The notes below the pieces were generated by a model. That model worked only from the letters and a program-made list of their open reading frames with translations, was not told the DNA's origin and made no database searches. Below, piece by piece: positions 20,069-29,762 of a DNA stretch of 64,000 nt. The translations under genes were made by a program, and so were the position numbers. Origin of the DNA: Candidatus Multivoradales bacterium (GTDB lineage: Bacteria; Acidobacteriota; Thermoanaerobaculia; Multivoradales; J023); contig CBDFNS010000023.1 of assembly GCA_965250305.1 (NCBI GenBank), positions 105,346 to 169,345 of the forward strand. The letters are read 5' to 3'. The number at the start of each line of letters is the position of its first letter. Within the stretch, counting starts at the first letter, position 1.

Positions 20069-21108
20069 GAGCCCGTGCCCGCGTCGCGGCTGCGCATGTT
20101 GCGGGCTGCTTCGGCGGTCTTCAGACGTTCCTGGATCGAACGGAAGAGTGCCTGGCTGCGTCGATGCCACTCGTCGGCCGTGAAGCGATCTGCTGGGGCA
20201 CTGAGTGCCACGACCCCCGAACCGCTGGCTTGGTTCGAGACCTTGACGCGCAAATCACCCCAAATCAAGGCCCAACTCTCGGTGGCTTCGATCGTAGGAT
20301 CGAAGGCCATCTTCTGATCACGAAGCGCGTCGGTCACGGCGTCGATCAGTTGGCGGTCGCCAGTGGCATAGCGGACGGGAAATGCCGCTTGGACCTGATG
20401 CGCACCGGTTGGCGGTTGGTAGGTATCTGTGGTCATGAGTTGTAGGAAGGCATCGAGGTGGAAGAAGCTGAATTTGGCATCGCCCCGAACGCGAAGGCGC
20501 AGGCGCTCGTCGGCGGCGAAGGCTTGTTCCAGGTAGCGGATCATCGGGTCGATGGCGCCGATCAACGCGTAGTTCGAGGCCACCTGGAGGGCTGACTCGC
20601 CGCGACCGGGGTTGAGTGCCAGATAGCGTGAAAAGTGAGCCTCGGCCTCGTCGCGGCGTTGGAGAAACAACAGGACCGCACCCAGATTCAGCTCGTTGTC
20701 GGGGGCGGCTGGGTCGAGTTTCTTGGCCTCGCTCAGGGCTTGATAGGCCGCGTCATAGCGTTCGAATGCCATCTCGGCAGCCGCCAGGTTGAGCCAGCCT
20801 TGGCGCAGGGAAGGGTCCAGCTTCAGGGCTTCGCGCAGGTCGATGACACCAATCTCATGATCGCCGACCATGAAACGCGCCGTGCTGCGCAAGAACAAGG
20901 CGCGGGCGTTCGGCTTCCCTCGCCGCAGGGCGTTGTCGAGCTTCGCCAGGGCCTGCTCCGGGGCGCCACGGTCGAGGAGTTGCTGCGCCTCGTCGAGAAT
21001 GCGTTCGGCCACGGACGCGAGCGATCCCGTTGCCAAAAGGAAGCCCGTCAGCACGATGCCGACGGGTAGGAAAAGACGTTTGGTTTGAGAACGATCGTTG
21101 CGCTTCAT
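20065..21108 (-). CDS. secreted TPR-repeat protein
   Basis: Signal peptide (LFLPVGIVLTGFLLATGSLASVA) and several 34-aa TPR-like repeats (..ALFLRSTARFMVGDHEIGVIDLREALKLDP..). Confidence 0.7.
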   Translation of the reverse strand: MKRNDRSQTKRLFLPVGIVLTGFLLATGSLASVAERILDEAQQLLDRGAPEQALAKLDNALRRGKPNARALFLRSTARFMVGDHEIGVIDLREALKLDPSLRQGWLNLAAAEMAFERYDAAYQALSEAKKLDPAAPDNELNLGAVLLFLQRRDEAEAHFSRYLALNPGRGESALQVASNYALIGAIDPMIRYLEQAFAADERLRLRVRGDAKFSFFHLDAFLQLMTTDTYQPPTGAHQVQAAFPVRYATGDRQLIDAVTDALRDQKMAFDPTIEATESWALIWGDLRVKVSNQASGSGVVALSAPADRFTADEWHRRSQALFRSIQERLKTAEAARNMRSRDAGTGS

Positions 21109-21238
21109 GGATTTCCGCTGGGTTGAGCCGCGAGGTGGATCCGGGGCGTCAAGTATGCCGCACGGCCTGGCGTTTGGCCAGAATGGAGCCGAGCGCGTGT
21201 TGGAAGGTGGTCTGGTGACGACCCAGGTGGCCTTTCGC

Positions 21239-24200
21239 CTACCGCGATGTGCCTACGTCCCCCGTTTCGTCGAGGATTGCCAGGCGTTTGCGGGCCAGCT
21301 CGAAGGTCGATACCGCTGCGTAGGGATCATCGTCCGGTTCGTCGATTCTCCGGTAGTAGGCGCGGGCGGTTTCCAGTAGGCCGTAGGTTTCCGCCGTGCG
21401 GCCGAAGACGAACCAGTCGTCGGAAGTGACCTGCTTGTCGGGCCGTAGTGAGATGGCCTGTTGGACAATTCGATTGGCTTCTACGGGGCGATCCATCTGG
21501 GCGTAGGCGGTTGCCAGGGTATGCAGGGTGGCGTCGCTTTGGTAGCCCTCGAGTCCAGCGCCTTTTTGGGCGAGCGTCAAGGCCTGCTCGGGGTCGGTGT
21601 CTTCGAAAAGAAGGAACCAGGCCCACTGGTTGTAGTCGACGGCTTCCCGGTCGCCCGTGGGAATGGCCTTGAAGGCCGCAATGGCATCGGCGAAGGCGCC
21701 ACGTGATTGGGCGAGAAGTGCCTCGCTACGGGCCGTCGCTGGGTCGTTCGGCAGACGTTTCTTTCGCTGCTCGATCAGTGTCTCAGCGGCGCTCCAGCGC
21801 TCGGCTTGCAACAGTGAGAGCAGTTGGCCCTGGAACACCGTTTCGGAGGTTGGATGGGCTTTCAGCATCGTCGATGCGACAGCTTCGAGCGCTTTGCTGT
21901 CGTCGCTGATGAGGGTGGCCTGCAAGATCGCCAACTGGAGCGCTTCCTGGCGGTTGGTGTCGTCCGTGATCTTGGTCAGCGCCGGTTTCAGGATGGCCAA
22001 CGCCGCTTCGGCGTGGGCGGCGTCGGTCATCAGCGTCGCTGCAGCAACCCGCATATCGTCAGCGGACGCCTCGTCCGTGGTCGGCCACAGTCGGGCGAAG
22101 GGATGGAATCCGAACGGGTCCTCGGTCTGGATTCGGGTGATCGCTTGCTCGGCCCAATCGAGCCATGTGGCGGCCGCGGCGAACTCGCCCGTGTCGATCA
22201 GTCGGATGGCCTCGGTGCCGAGACCTGCCAAGAGTCGATCACCGGCGACCATTTTGGGCTCCCCGTTTCGCATGCCGAAGAACGTGGTCCAGGGCTCGGC
22301 TGATGGGTCGAGCGCTGGTGTCATCTGAATGCGGTACCCGGTCTCGTCGTCACCGTCGATCTCATCGGTGGTGAACGACTGCACACCGATGTCGAAGAAA
22401 ACAGGGTCAGGCAATGCGCCGGGATTGATCGCCGGATCGCCGCGTAGCGTTTCGAGCGCGATTTGTAAGCCGACCTCGGTAGCGTCCCAGGCCGTTGCCA
22501 AGCTCTCGGCAACCAAAGGCCGTGAACGCTCGAGATCGATTGGGTGCCCCATGAGTGAGCCCAGCAAGCTTCGGGCGGTAGACTTCGGGTCGGTGAGATC
22601 GACCTCGAGCTCCTCCGAGCGCTTGACGTTGCCGATGACATCGGCTTGGGCGAAGGTCGCAGCCGGATTTTCGGTGCGACTCGCGGCTCGCCGCAGCACC
22701 TCGCCGGATTGCGGGTAGTGACGCGTGATCAAGAGGTGTTGAGCGACTTGCTGGAGCAGCGCGGGTTGGGCTGCTTGGTTGGCCGACATTTGCTCAACCG
22801 CGCGCAGGGCCGCGGGTACACCGTCTTGCACCGCGATCGCGGTTGCGCGCACGATATTGCGTGTGTCGCTGCTCGGAAACGTCTGGTGTGCATCGGCCAG
22901 CTCAGCCCAGTGGTGGTCGTAGAAGAGTGCGGCCAGGAGTTGAGTGTCGTAGGAAGTGTCTTCACTCTCTTTGCGCAGTCGGCGGTAGATTTCGATCGCA
23001 TCACTGAGATCGGCATCAGCCCCGTATCGTGTGCCGGTACTGTCGTGCTCGAAGGCAACGGCCAGCTCCGTTGCGGCTTCTTCATCGTCCGGTGCGAACT
23101 CGGTGGCTTTTGTCAGGCTGGCGATGGCTGCCTCGCGTTGATAACCCGGACCGAATCGGCGTCCGATGTCGTCGTGTTCGAGGGTGTAGCCGTGAAGCAT
23201 GTGGGCGAACATCGATTCGGGCGCCAGTTCCACTGCTCGTGCGGTTTCCGATTGCGCCAGCTCGCCAAAGCCGGCGGCGAGAAGAACCTGGGCGTAGCGG
23301 ACCCGATGGTCGGGCTGCTCGGGTTCAGCATCGATGAGTTTGCGTGCGCCGCTGATCGCATTTTCGATGCGGCCGGCGGCGAGATCCGCCATGATGGTGT
23401 GATCGAACCAAATGGATGGCAACTCGGCCTGGCCGATCTCATGGAGTCCGCTGCGAAAGGCGGTGATCGCCGCCGCATTGAGTCGCCGGGGTCCGGTATC
23501 GAACACCATTTCGACGTGAACCACACCGTCGTCGTCGGCAAAATAGGCCATGGTGAACGAGCCGGTGCCCAATTCCCATGCCCGGTCGGCTGGCAGGTCC
23601 CGCGGCGTCATGCCGCTGGCGGGCCGGATCGTATAGCGGAGCACGGATCGGTAGGGGTCGTACAGCACCAGGTCCGACTCGCGAGGGTCGATTTCTTCGC
23701 CAAGGTCATCGATCAGAGCGCTTGGAAGATCTTCGAACAAGGTGCCAAATCCGAGTACCACGATGGCCTCGCGAAGGTCGCTCACCACCGAGCCGACGCC
23801 CTCGCCCGCCATCCGTAACGTGAAGGGCTGGTCGAGATCGTCGGGCGGCGACCATTCGACGTCGGTGAGCTCAGCGTCGCTGTAGGTGGTGGCGATGTAG
23901 CTGGCCAAGCCCTCGCGGGTAGATTCCGGCGTCCAGTCACTGGTGACCGTCCGCATGCTCTGTTCCGACGATCCGCGATAGACCGTGGTTTCGATCACGG
24001 AGCCATCGCCGTAACTCGTCAATTGGATCTCGCGATGTTCGATAGTGCCGTTGGCGCTCGACGGGGCAACCGGGGTCCGCTCCAACTCGGTGGCGTTCGT
24101 GTGCACGACCAGGGCGTACCGATCCTGATCGGGAAGGGGTAGCTCACCTGCACGCGCGCCAGGGTGAGTTGGGTCGACCCATACGGGTGATGACCCCATG

Positions 24201-25399
24201 ATCTTGACGATCGCGTGATCGAATCGGCCCAAACCCGGCAAGGTTGGGTCGACGTCGACTCCCGGCCCGGTTAGCAGCAAGGCAACGTTTGCTTCGATGC
24301 CCAAGGCGCGCAACATGGCGACCAACAGCGTTGCCTTGTCCTTGCAGTCGCCGTAACTGCGCTCGAGGGTGGTCGAGGGGGCCGCGGGAATGAGACCGAA
24401 AGCGCCGAGCTCGAGACCGGTGTAGCGCACTTGATCATGAAGGTACGCGAGAACACGCGCGATGGTGTCGGCGGTCGATTCGTCTCGACGCTCGAACCCT
24501 TCGAGAAGCTGCGCCGATTCCGCGTCTGCGAGTAGTTGTTCCACAACCTCATGGTAGGCGCGGGCAACGGAGCCCCAGCTCTCCCCGGTGGCGAACCCTA
24601 CGTGTACCCAGCGAGGCTCGTCCGACGGCCGCCCTTCTTCCCACGGGATCTCATCGGTCATCGAGGGGTGGTCCACGTCGAACACCCACACCACCCGGTC
24701 GTCGTGTTCTTCCTTGGTTGGCGCGAGGTCTTCGGTGCCCCGAACCTCGAAGCGAAAGGGGACGCTTTGCGGGACATCAATCGTCAGTCGTTGGCGTAGT
24801 ACCGGCGAGGTTGACTCGATGTTGATGCGCGAGGACAGTCCTGCGTTGAAGTACGGCTTTTCGTCGTGGACGATTTCTTCAGCCACCACCACGGCACCTT
24901 TGACGACACCAGGGAGCGGGCCCTCGAGAACGAGCTCATCCTCGAAGATGGCGTCTCCTTGGTCACCGTTTGGACGCTCACTCAGGGTCTTGGGATCGAG
25001 TCGATACTCTTTGCCCGCAGGGGTCACAATGCGGTAGCGCAGCTCTGGTCGGCTCTGCATCCAGGGCCGGTAAATTCGGTTGGCTACGCTCCAGTCTTCA
25101 ACCCCTTGTGCAGTGTGAAGGTAAATGACGGCGCGGAACAGGCTCGTCTTGCGGCCGGGCTCGTGGAAGGTCTGGATGTACTCACGCCAAAGATAGACGG
25201 CGTCGGCGTCTTCGACATCGGGGGCAGCCTCGGCGGCAGCGGCCAGCAATGTTGTGGAGTCGACGGCGAAAAGGTCGATGTCCGGCCACGGGACGGTCGG
25301 CTTGTCGGCACCTGTGGAATCACCAGCGGCGACCTGAGGGATCCAGATCAGACCGAGTGCCAGGAGACGAAAAAGAAGAGAAAAATAGTGATGCGTCAA
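21239..25399 (-). CDS. large (1386 aa) DUF3857 / transglutaminase-like cysteine-protease-fold / DUF3858 protein with C-terminal TPR repeats, secreted
   Basis: Transglutaminase-like core SYGDCKDKATLLVAMLRALGIEA; signal peptide THHYFSLLFRLLALGLIWIPQVAAG; start assigned to TTG 25399 because a perfect AGGAGA sits 5 nt upstream (tctcct at 25405-25410); the ATG at 25480 lacks an RBS. Confidence 0.8.
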   Translation of the reverse strand: MTHHYFSLLFRLLALGLIWIPQVAAGDSTGADKPTVPWPDIDLFAVDSTTLLAAAAEAAPDVEDADAVYLWREYIQTFHEPGRKTSLFRAVIYLHTAQGVEDWSVANRIYRPWMQSRPELRYRIVTPAGKEYRLDPKTLSERPNGDQGDAIFEDELVLEGPLPGVVKGAVVVAEEIVHDEKPYFNAGLSSRINIESTSPVLRQRLTIDVPQSVPFRFEVRGTEDLAPTKEEHDDRVVWVFDVDHPSMTDEIPWEEGRPSDEPRWVHVGFATGESWGSVARAYHEVVEQLLADAESAQLLEGFERRDESTADTIARVLAYLHDQVRYTGLELGAFGLIPAAPSTTLERSYGDCKDKATLLVAMLRALGIEANVALLLTGPGVDVDPTLPGLGRFDHAIVKIMGSSPVWVDPTHPGARAGELPLPDQDRYALVVHTNATELERTPVAPSSANGTIEHREIQLTSYGDGSVIETTVYRGSSEQSMRTVTSDWTPESTREGLASYIATTYSDAELTDVEWSPPDDLDQPFTLRMAGEGVGSVVSDLREAIVVLGFGTLFEDLPSALIDDLGEEIDPRESDLVLYDPYRSVLRYTIRPASGMTPRDLPADRAWELGTGSFTMAYFADDDGVVHVEMVFDTGPRRLNAAAITAFRSGLHEIGQAELPSIWFDHTIMADLAAGRIENAISGARKLIDAEPEQPDHRVRYAQVLLAAGFGELAQSETARAVELAPESMFAHMLHGYTLEHDDIGRRFGPGYQREAAIASLTKATEFAPDDEEAATELAVAFEHDSTGTRYGADADLSDAIEIYRRLRKESEDTSYDTQLLAALFYDHHWAELADAHQTFPSSDTRNIVRATAIAVQDGVPAALRAVEQMSANQAAQPALLQQVAQHLLITRHYPQSGEVLRRAASRTENPAATFAQADVIGNVKRSEELEVDLTDPKSTARSLLGSLMGHPIDLERSRPLVAESLATAWDATEVGLQIALETLRGDPAINPGALPDPVFFDIGVQSFTTDEIDGDDETGYRIQMTPALDPSAEPWTTFFGMRNGEPKMVAGDRLLAGLGTEAIRLIDTGEFAAAATWLDWAEQAITRIQTEDPFGFHPFARLWPTTDEASADDMRVAAATLMTDAAHAEAALAILKPALTKITDDTNRQEALQLAILQATLISDDSKALEAVASTMLKAHPTSETVFQGQLLSLLQAERWSAAETLIEQRKKRLPNDPATARSEALLAQSRGAFADAIAAFKAIPTGDREAVDYNQWAWFLLFEDTDPEQALTLAQKGAGLEGYQSDATLHTLATAYAQMDRPVEANRIVQQAISLRPDKQVTSDDWFVFGRTAETYGLLETARAYYRRIDEPDDDPYAAVSTFELARKRLAILDETGDVGTSR

Positions 25400-25545
25400 A
25401 ATGATCTCCTGAGGATTTCGGGAAGAGAAAATCGCCTCGATTATGGTGGAATAGCGTGCTTCTGTCACGATCGGGCGCATAGAGGGTCACGAATCAGGTT
25501 GGCAAAGAGCGTCGCGTTCGGGTCTTCTCGATACTCACCGGTACA

Positions 25546-26643
25546 ATGTCCCGTGTGACGACACCAAGCCCAACACCGACACCGAAGCAAGTCGCCGCCG
25601 AGCTGGGCAACCGGGTTATTGGACAGGAAGAGGCGATCACTGAGATGGCCATCGCCTTGGCCAAGAAACTGGCGGGCCTGACCGTCGGGAATGTTCTGAT
25701 GATTGGCTCGTCCGGCACCGGCAAGACGACCTTGATGCGAGCCGTCGAAGGCTATCTTGGAGAGCATCCGGAGTTGCCGCTGCGGCCGGTCGTGGTGCGG
25801 ATTCACGCCAACGTGTTGGGCGAGGAGGCCGAGCGTGGCCGGCCTGGCGAAGTGGTCTTTGGGCGGTTACTGGATCGTGCTCGGGAACAGCTGGGTGCCC
25901 ATGTCGACCTGGCGACGCTTCTCGACCATGCTGCCAAGGGCATCGTCTTCGTCGACGAGGTCGACAAGATCCGATCTCACGTGGGTGGTCAGGTCAACAC
26001 GGCGGGCATTCGCGCTCAGGAAGCCCTATTGACGGTGATCGAGAACGAGGCCGTACCCTTGACGCTGCCGCCGTGGGCGGGGGGAGAGACCGTGACGGTG
26101 GACTCGAGTGGCTTGCTCTTCGTTTGCGGAGGTGCGTTCGAAGGGCTCTACGACGCCGTCTTCGACCGCGTGACCGTGGGACGCGACCGTGGCGCGCTCA
26201 AACCGGTTACGGTGGTCGAGGGTGGGCGGGTCCAAGAACGACTGGAGTTCCGGCTCGGTGACTGGCTGCGCAACGAAGATCTTTTTGACTACGGCATGAG
26301 TCCTCAGTTCTTGGCTCGCTACGACGCCGTGGTGCTTCTACACGATCTTGCCGTTGACCACTTGGTCAGGATTTTTTTGGAAATACCGGATTCCAGCTTT
26401 CACCAGGCACGTGCGTACTTCGAGAGCCGCGGGACCCGATTGGCGCTTTCGCCTGGTGCGGTGCGACGGATCGCACTCGAAGCCTCGCGGGCTCCACGGC
26501 TCGGCGCGCGCGCCCTAAAGGAGGTCTTTCGAAGGGTCATACGCCCCTACGAGTTCGCGCCCGAAGACCACATGAGCGATACAGGGGCCGTGATGATCGA
26601 TGTTGCGGAGGTCGAAACGGCACTCGGCGCCACGGCCTCCTAA
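25546..26643 (+). CDS. ClpX/HslU-family AAA+ ATPase lacking the N-terminal zinc-binding domain and GYVG pore loop
   Basis: Walker A GSSGTGKTT; Walker B GIVFVDEVDKI; ClpX-like blocks QEALLTVIEN, LLFVCGGAFEGL, sensor-2 region ARALKEV; the GYVG pore loop position reads HANVLGEEAERGRPGEV. Confidence 0.75.
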   Translation: MSRVTTPSPTPTPKQVAAELGNRVIGQEEAITEMAIALAKKLAGLTVGNVLMIGSSGTGKTTLMRAVEGYLGEHPELPLRPVVVRIHANVLGEEAERGRPGEVVFGRLLDRAREQLGAHVDLATLLDHAAKGIVFVDEVDKIRSHVGGQVNTAGIRAQEALLTVIENEAVPLTLPPWAGGETVTVDSSGLLFVCGGAFEGLYDAVFDRVTVGRDRGALKPVTVVEGGRVQERLEFRLGDWLRNEDLFDYGMSPQFLARYDAVVLLHDLAVDHLVRIFLEIPDSSFHQARAYFESRGTRLALSPGAVRRIALEASRAPRLGARALKEVFRRVIRPYEFAPEDHMSDTGAVMIDVAEVETALGATAS

Positions 26644-26671
26644 CATGCGGCAAGCATAAAACCTCGTTGGT

Positions 26672-27544
26672 TTGATGAAATCCCCTCTTCTCCGGCTGTT
26701 GAAACGTTGTCCGCCCCTTTTCAGGCTCTGCAAGTGGTTGCTGTGGGAACGGCACAAACTAAGCGATTGGGCGAGCACGCATCTATTCAAGCGAACGCGT
26801 CGTGTGTCGACCCCGCTCGGCTTCGACATGGTGTCGGGAAGGTTTATCGCCAACCGGATGATGTTGGATGGCACTTTCGAGCCCGAAGAGGTTCGGATCA
26901 TCACGGAGACCTTGCCGGATATTGATGTCTTCGTCGATATTGGGGCGAATATTGGTTATTACGTCTGCATGGCACGTGCGCGCGGCAAGCACGTGGTTGC
27001 GTTTGAGCCTCAACCACAGAATTACAGTCACCTGCTGCAGAATCTCGCCATCAACGGCTGGGCCGACGTTGAAGTGTTTCCATGTGGTCTCGGTGCCGGT
27101 ATCGACGTTGTCGAGTTGTACGGATCGTCGGGCCCTTCAGCGTCGCTGATCAAGGGTTGGGCCGGATACGCATCGGGGTACCGGCAACTGATCCCGGTGA
27201 ATCGCCTCGATAACGTACTGGGCGGACGATTCACGAACAAGCGCTTGTTCATCAAGATCGACGTCGAAGGTTTCGAGTACTTCGTTGTACAGGGTGGGCT
27301 CGAAATCGTGCGGCGCAACCCAAAGCCCGTCTGGCTCATCGAAATATGCTTGAACGAGTTCCACCCTTCGGGGATGAACCCACACTACAAGGACACCTTC
27401 GATCTGTTCTGGCACAACGGCTACCAGATCTTCGCATCCGACGGGGCGGGCACCGAAGTCACACCGGAGATGGTTGACCGTTGGGTCGACGACAATCTCT
27501 GCGATCTCGGCGTGTTCAACTATCTGATCAAGCCTGTAGCATAG
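26672..27544 (+). CDS. FkbM-family SAM-dependent methyltransferase
   Basis: FkbM signature VDIGANIGYY ... IKIDVEGFE; moderately lower GC than neighbours. Confidence 0.75.
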   Translation: MMKSPLLRLLKRCPPLFRLCKWLLWERHKLSDWASTHLFKRTRRVSTPLGFDMVSGRFIANRMMLDGTFEPEEVRIITETLPDIDVFVDIGANIGYYVCMARARGKHVVAFEPQPQNYSHLLQNLAINGWADVEVFPCGLGAGIDVVELYGSSGPSASLIKGWAGYASGYRQLIPVNRLDNVLGGRFTNKRLFIKIDVEGFEYFVVQGGLEIVRRNPKPVWLIEICLNEFHPSGMNPHYKDTFDLFWHNGYQIFASDGAGTEVTPEMVDRWVDDNLCDLGVFNYLIKPVA

Positions 27545-27563
27545 CCGCGGTTTTCACTCGCAG

Positions 27564-28325
27564 TTACCGGAGGGCGCGCTGGGCTACCAAATCGCGGTAT
27601 CGCCGACGACGTTGGCGGCCGTCACGCCAGGACGGGATCGCGCTGGTGGCGCCGAGTAGGATCCAGACGACCAGCCACCAGAGGCCGATCATGGGGCGTT
27701 CGTCGCTCCCCGCCATGGTCATGCGGGCCGAGAAGTAGGTGTGCATGACCGTCGTCGGTACCAGGCCTATGGCCGTCGAAGCCAAGAAGCGAGACGTGCG
27801 TACCCCAGCGAGAGCGGCACCGAAATTGATCAACGCAAACGGGACAGGCAGAAACCGAGTCTGGACCAGTGGCCAGAACCCGCGACGATCGAAGACCCGC
27901 TCGGCCCTACGCAGCCGGGGGCCGGTCAGGTGGGCGACGGCATCACGCCCCAGTAGACGGGCGACAATGAAGCCGGTGATGGCGCCCAAGAAAAGACCAC
28001 CGAGGTTGATCAGTGAGCCCCAAAGGGTGCCAAACACCGCACCGCCGCCGATCACGAGGGGGCTGACGGGCATGCCGATCGGCGCGATCACGGCGTAGGC
28101 AGCGATCAGCAGCAGTGGTGCGTACCAAAGGCCGCGCAAGCGCGAGAGTACGTCCGTAACGTTTTCTTGGGTCAGCTGAGAGGCGATCGGCGGCCAGCGA
28201 AGAAGGAGCAAGCCGCCGACGACGATGGCGAGCAACAACAGGCCACGCACCACATAGCGAAGTGGGAGCGTCCGTAGCGCGGACAACACCCTCTGCAGGC
28301 CGCTACGCGGTTGGTCGATCGTCAA
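27564..28325 (-). CDS. TVP38/TMEM64 (DedA/SNARE-associated) family membrane protein
   Basis: Polytopic membrane protein with a conserved G-rich re-entrant region (PIGMPVSPLVIGGGAVFG) typical of DedA/TVP38. Confidence 0.7.
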   Translation of the reverse strand: MTIDQPRSGLQRVLSALRTLPLRYVVRGLLLLAIVVGGLLLLRWPPIASQLTQENVTDVLSRLRGLWYAPLLLIAAYAVIAPIGMPVSPLVIGGGAVFGTLWGSLINLGGLFLGAITGFIVARLLGRDAVAHLTGPRLRRAERVFDRRGFWPLVQTRFLPVPFALINFGAALAGVRTSRFLASTAIGLVPTTVMHTYFSARMTMAGSDERPMIGLWWLVVWILLGATSAIPSWRDGRQRRRRYRDLVAQRALR

Positions 28326-28582
28326 GTGGGCTCGCCTGGACTGTCGAGGGCCAGGAACTCGCGCAGGTGTTTGGTGAGCGTGGGTAGTGACTCTGGATCC
28401 ATGAAGTTGAGGCGCAGTTCATTGATCACCATGACTTCGGCGTCGAGCCATGCTTGCCAGCAGTCTTGGCAGGACTTGGTGCGGATGTCGGTGCCGAGCC
28501 CGCCGCCGTAGGTCACACCCTCGGCGGGTGGCGCGGTGTTCCCGCAACGGGCGCAGACGATGGCCTGGGAGGAATCGGACAC
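28322..28582 (-). CDS. YggX-like Fe(2+)-trafficking / oxidative-damage protection protein
   Basis: 86 aa; CxxC...C plus W-rich core and VMVINELRLNFMDPE, closely paralleling E. coli YggX (..TMLINEKKLNMMN..). Confidence 0.75.
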   Translation of the reverse strand: MSDSSQAIVCARCGNTAPPAEGVTYGGGLGTDIRTKSCQDCWQAWLDAEVMVINELRLNFMDPESLPTLTKHLREFLALDSPGEPT

Positions 28583-28772
28583 GATGATCTCCTGGTTTGG
28601 GCTATTCGCCGGGCAAGATGATGTTGCTTTTCGCGCGTTCAGCTAGTTCGCGCGGGAATGACACCAGCGCGTAAACCCGCTCACGTTTTTGGGCCGGTCC
28701 GCGGAGCGCCTTGACGGCCTCATCGGGTACGGAACTCTTCGAGCTTGTCGTCGAGCTTGCTCACTGGTTTTC

Positions 28773-29762
28773 CTAGGCTGTTCCCGTGGTCTGTTCCGCG
28801 AGCAGGTTCCGGAAGTATTCGAGGGTCTTGCCCAGGCCTTCATCAAGGGGAACCCGTGGCTCCCAGTCGAGGTACTTTTTGGCGAGAGTGATGTCAGGTT
28901 GACGGGTCTTGGGGTCGTCGACCGGTAGCGGCTTGTGTTCGATCGTGCTCGTGCTTCCCGCAAGATCACGAATGTGCTCAGCGAACTGAAGAATGGTCAT
29001 TTCGTGTGGGTTGCCGATGTTGACCGGCAGCCCGTAGTCGCCCTTCAGCAAGCGATAAATGCCCTCTACAAGGTCGTCGACGTAGCAGAACGAGCGGGTT
29101 TGGTCGCCGTCTCCGAAGACGCTGAGTGGCGTACCGGTCAGGGCCTGCTGCATGAAGGCCGGGACCACACGTCCGTCACGAGGCCGCATGCGAGGGCCGT
29201 AGGTGTTGAAGATCCGAACGATGCGTGTCTCGACCCCATGGACGCGGTGGTAGGCCATGACCATGGCTTCGCCAAAGCGTTTCGCTTCGTCGTAGACACC
29301 GCGCGGACCCACCGGATTGACGTTGCCCCAGTAGGTTTCCGGCTGGGGATGTACCAGTGGGTCGCCGTAGACCTCGGACGTCGATGCCAGCAGGTAACGC
29401 GCCCCCTTGGCTTTGGCCAACCCGAGAGTGTTGTGGGTACCGAGTGAGCCCACCTTGAGCGTTTGGATCGGCAGCTCGAGGTAGTCGATCGGGCTGGCGG
29501 GCGAAGCGAAATGGAGCACGTAGTCCACCGGCCCATCGATCTCGAAGGGAATCGAGACATCGTGCTCGAGAAGGCGGAAGTCATTACGCCCCTCGAGGTG
29601 CGCGATATTGCGGGGACGGCCGGTGATGAAGTTGTCCACACACACCACGCGGTGTCCGCTCTCGAGCAGTTTCTCGCACAAATGAGAGCCAAGGAATCCG
29701 GCTCCGCCGGTTACCACCGCTGTTGGTTGGCGCTCATCGCCCTGATCGTGTGTGGCCATCAA
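28773..29762 (-). CDS. UDP-glucuronate decarboxylase (UDP-xylose synthase)-type NAD-dependent epimerase/dehydratase
   Basis: [11 protein letters not shown] Rossmann motif; YDEAKR catalytic YxxxK; high similarity pattern to UXS/ArnA decarboxylase domain. Confidence 0.85.
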   Translation of the reverse strand: MMATHDQGDERQPTAVVTGGAGFLGSHLCEKLLESGHRVVCVDNFITGRPRNIAHLEGRNDFRLLEHDVSIPFEIDGPVDYVLHFASPASPIDYLELPIQTLKVGSLGTHNTLGLAKAKGARYLLASTSEVYGDPLVHPQPETYWGNVNPVGPRGVYDEAKRFGEAMVMAYHRVHGVETRIVRIFNTYGPRMRPRDGRVVPAFMQQALTGTPLSVFGDGDQTRSFCYVDDLVEGIYRLLKGDYGLPVNIGNPHEMTILQFAEHIRDLAGSTSTIEHKPLPVDDPKTRQPDITLAKKYLDWEPRVPLDEGLGKTLEYFRNLLAEQTTGTA

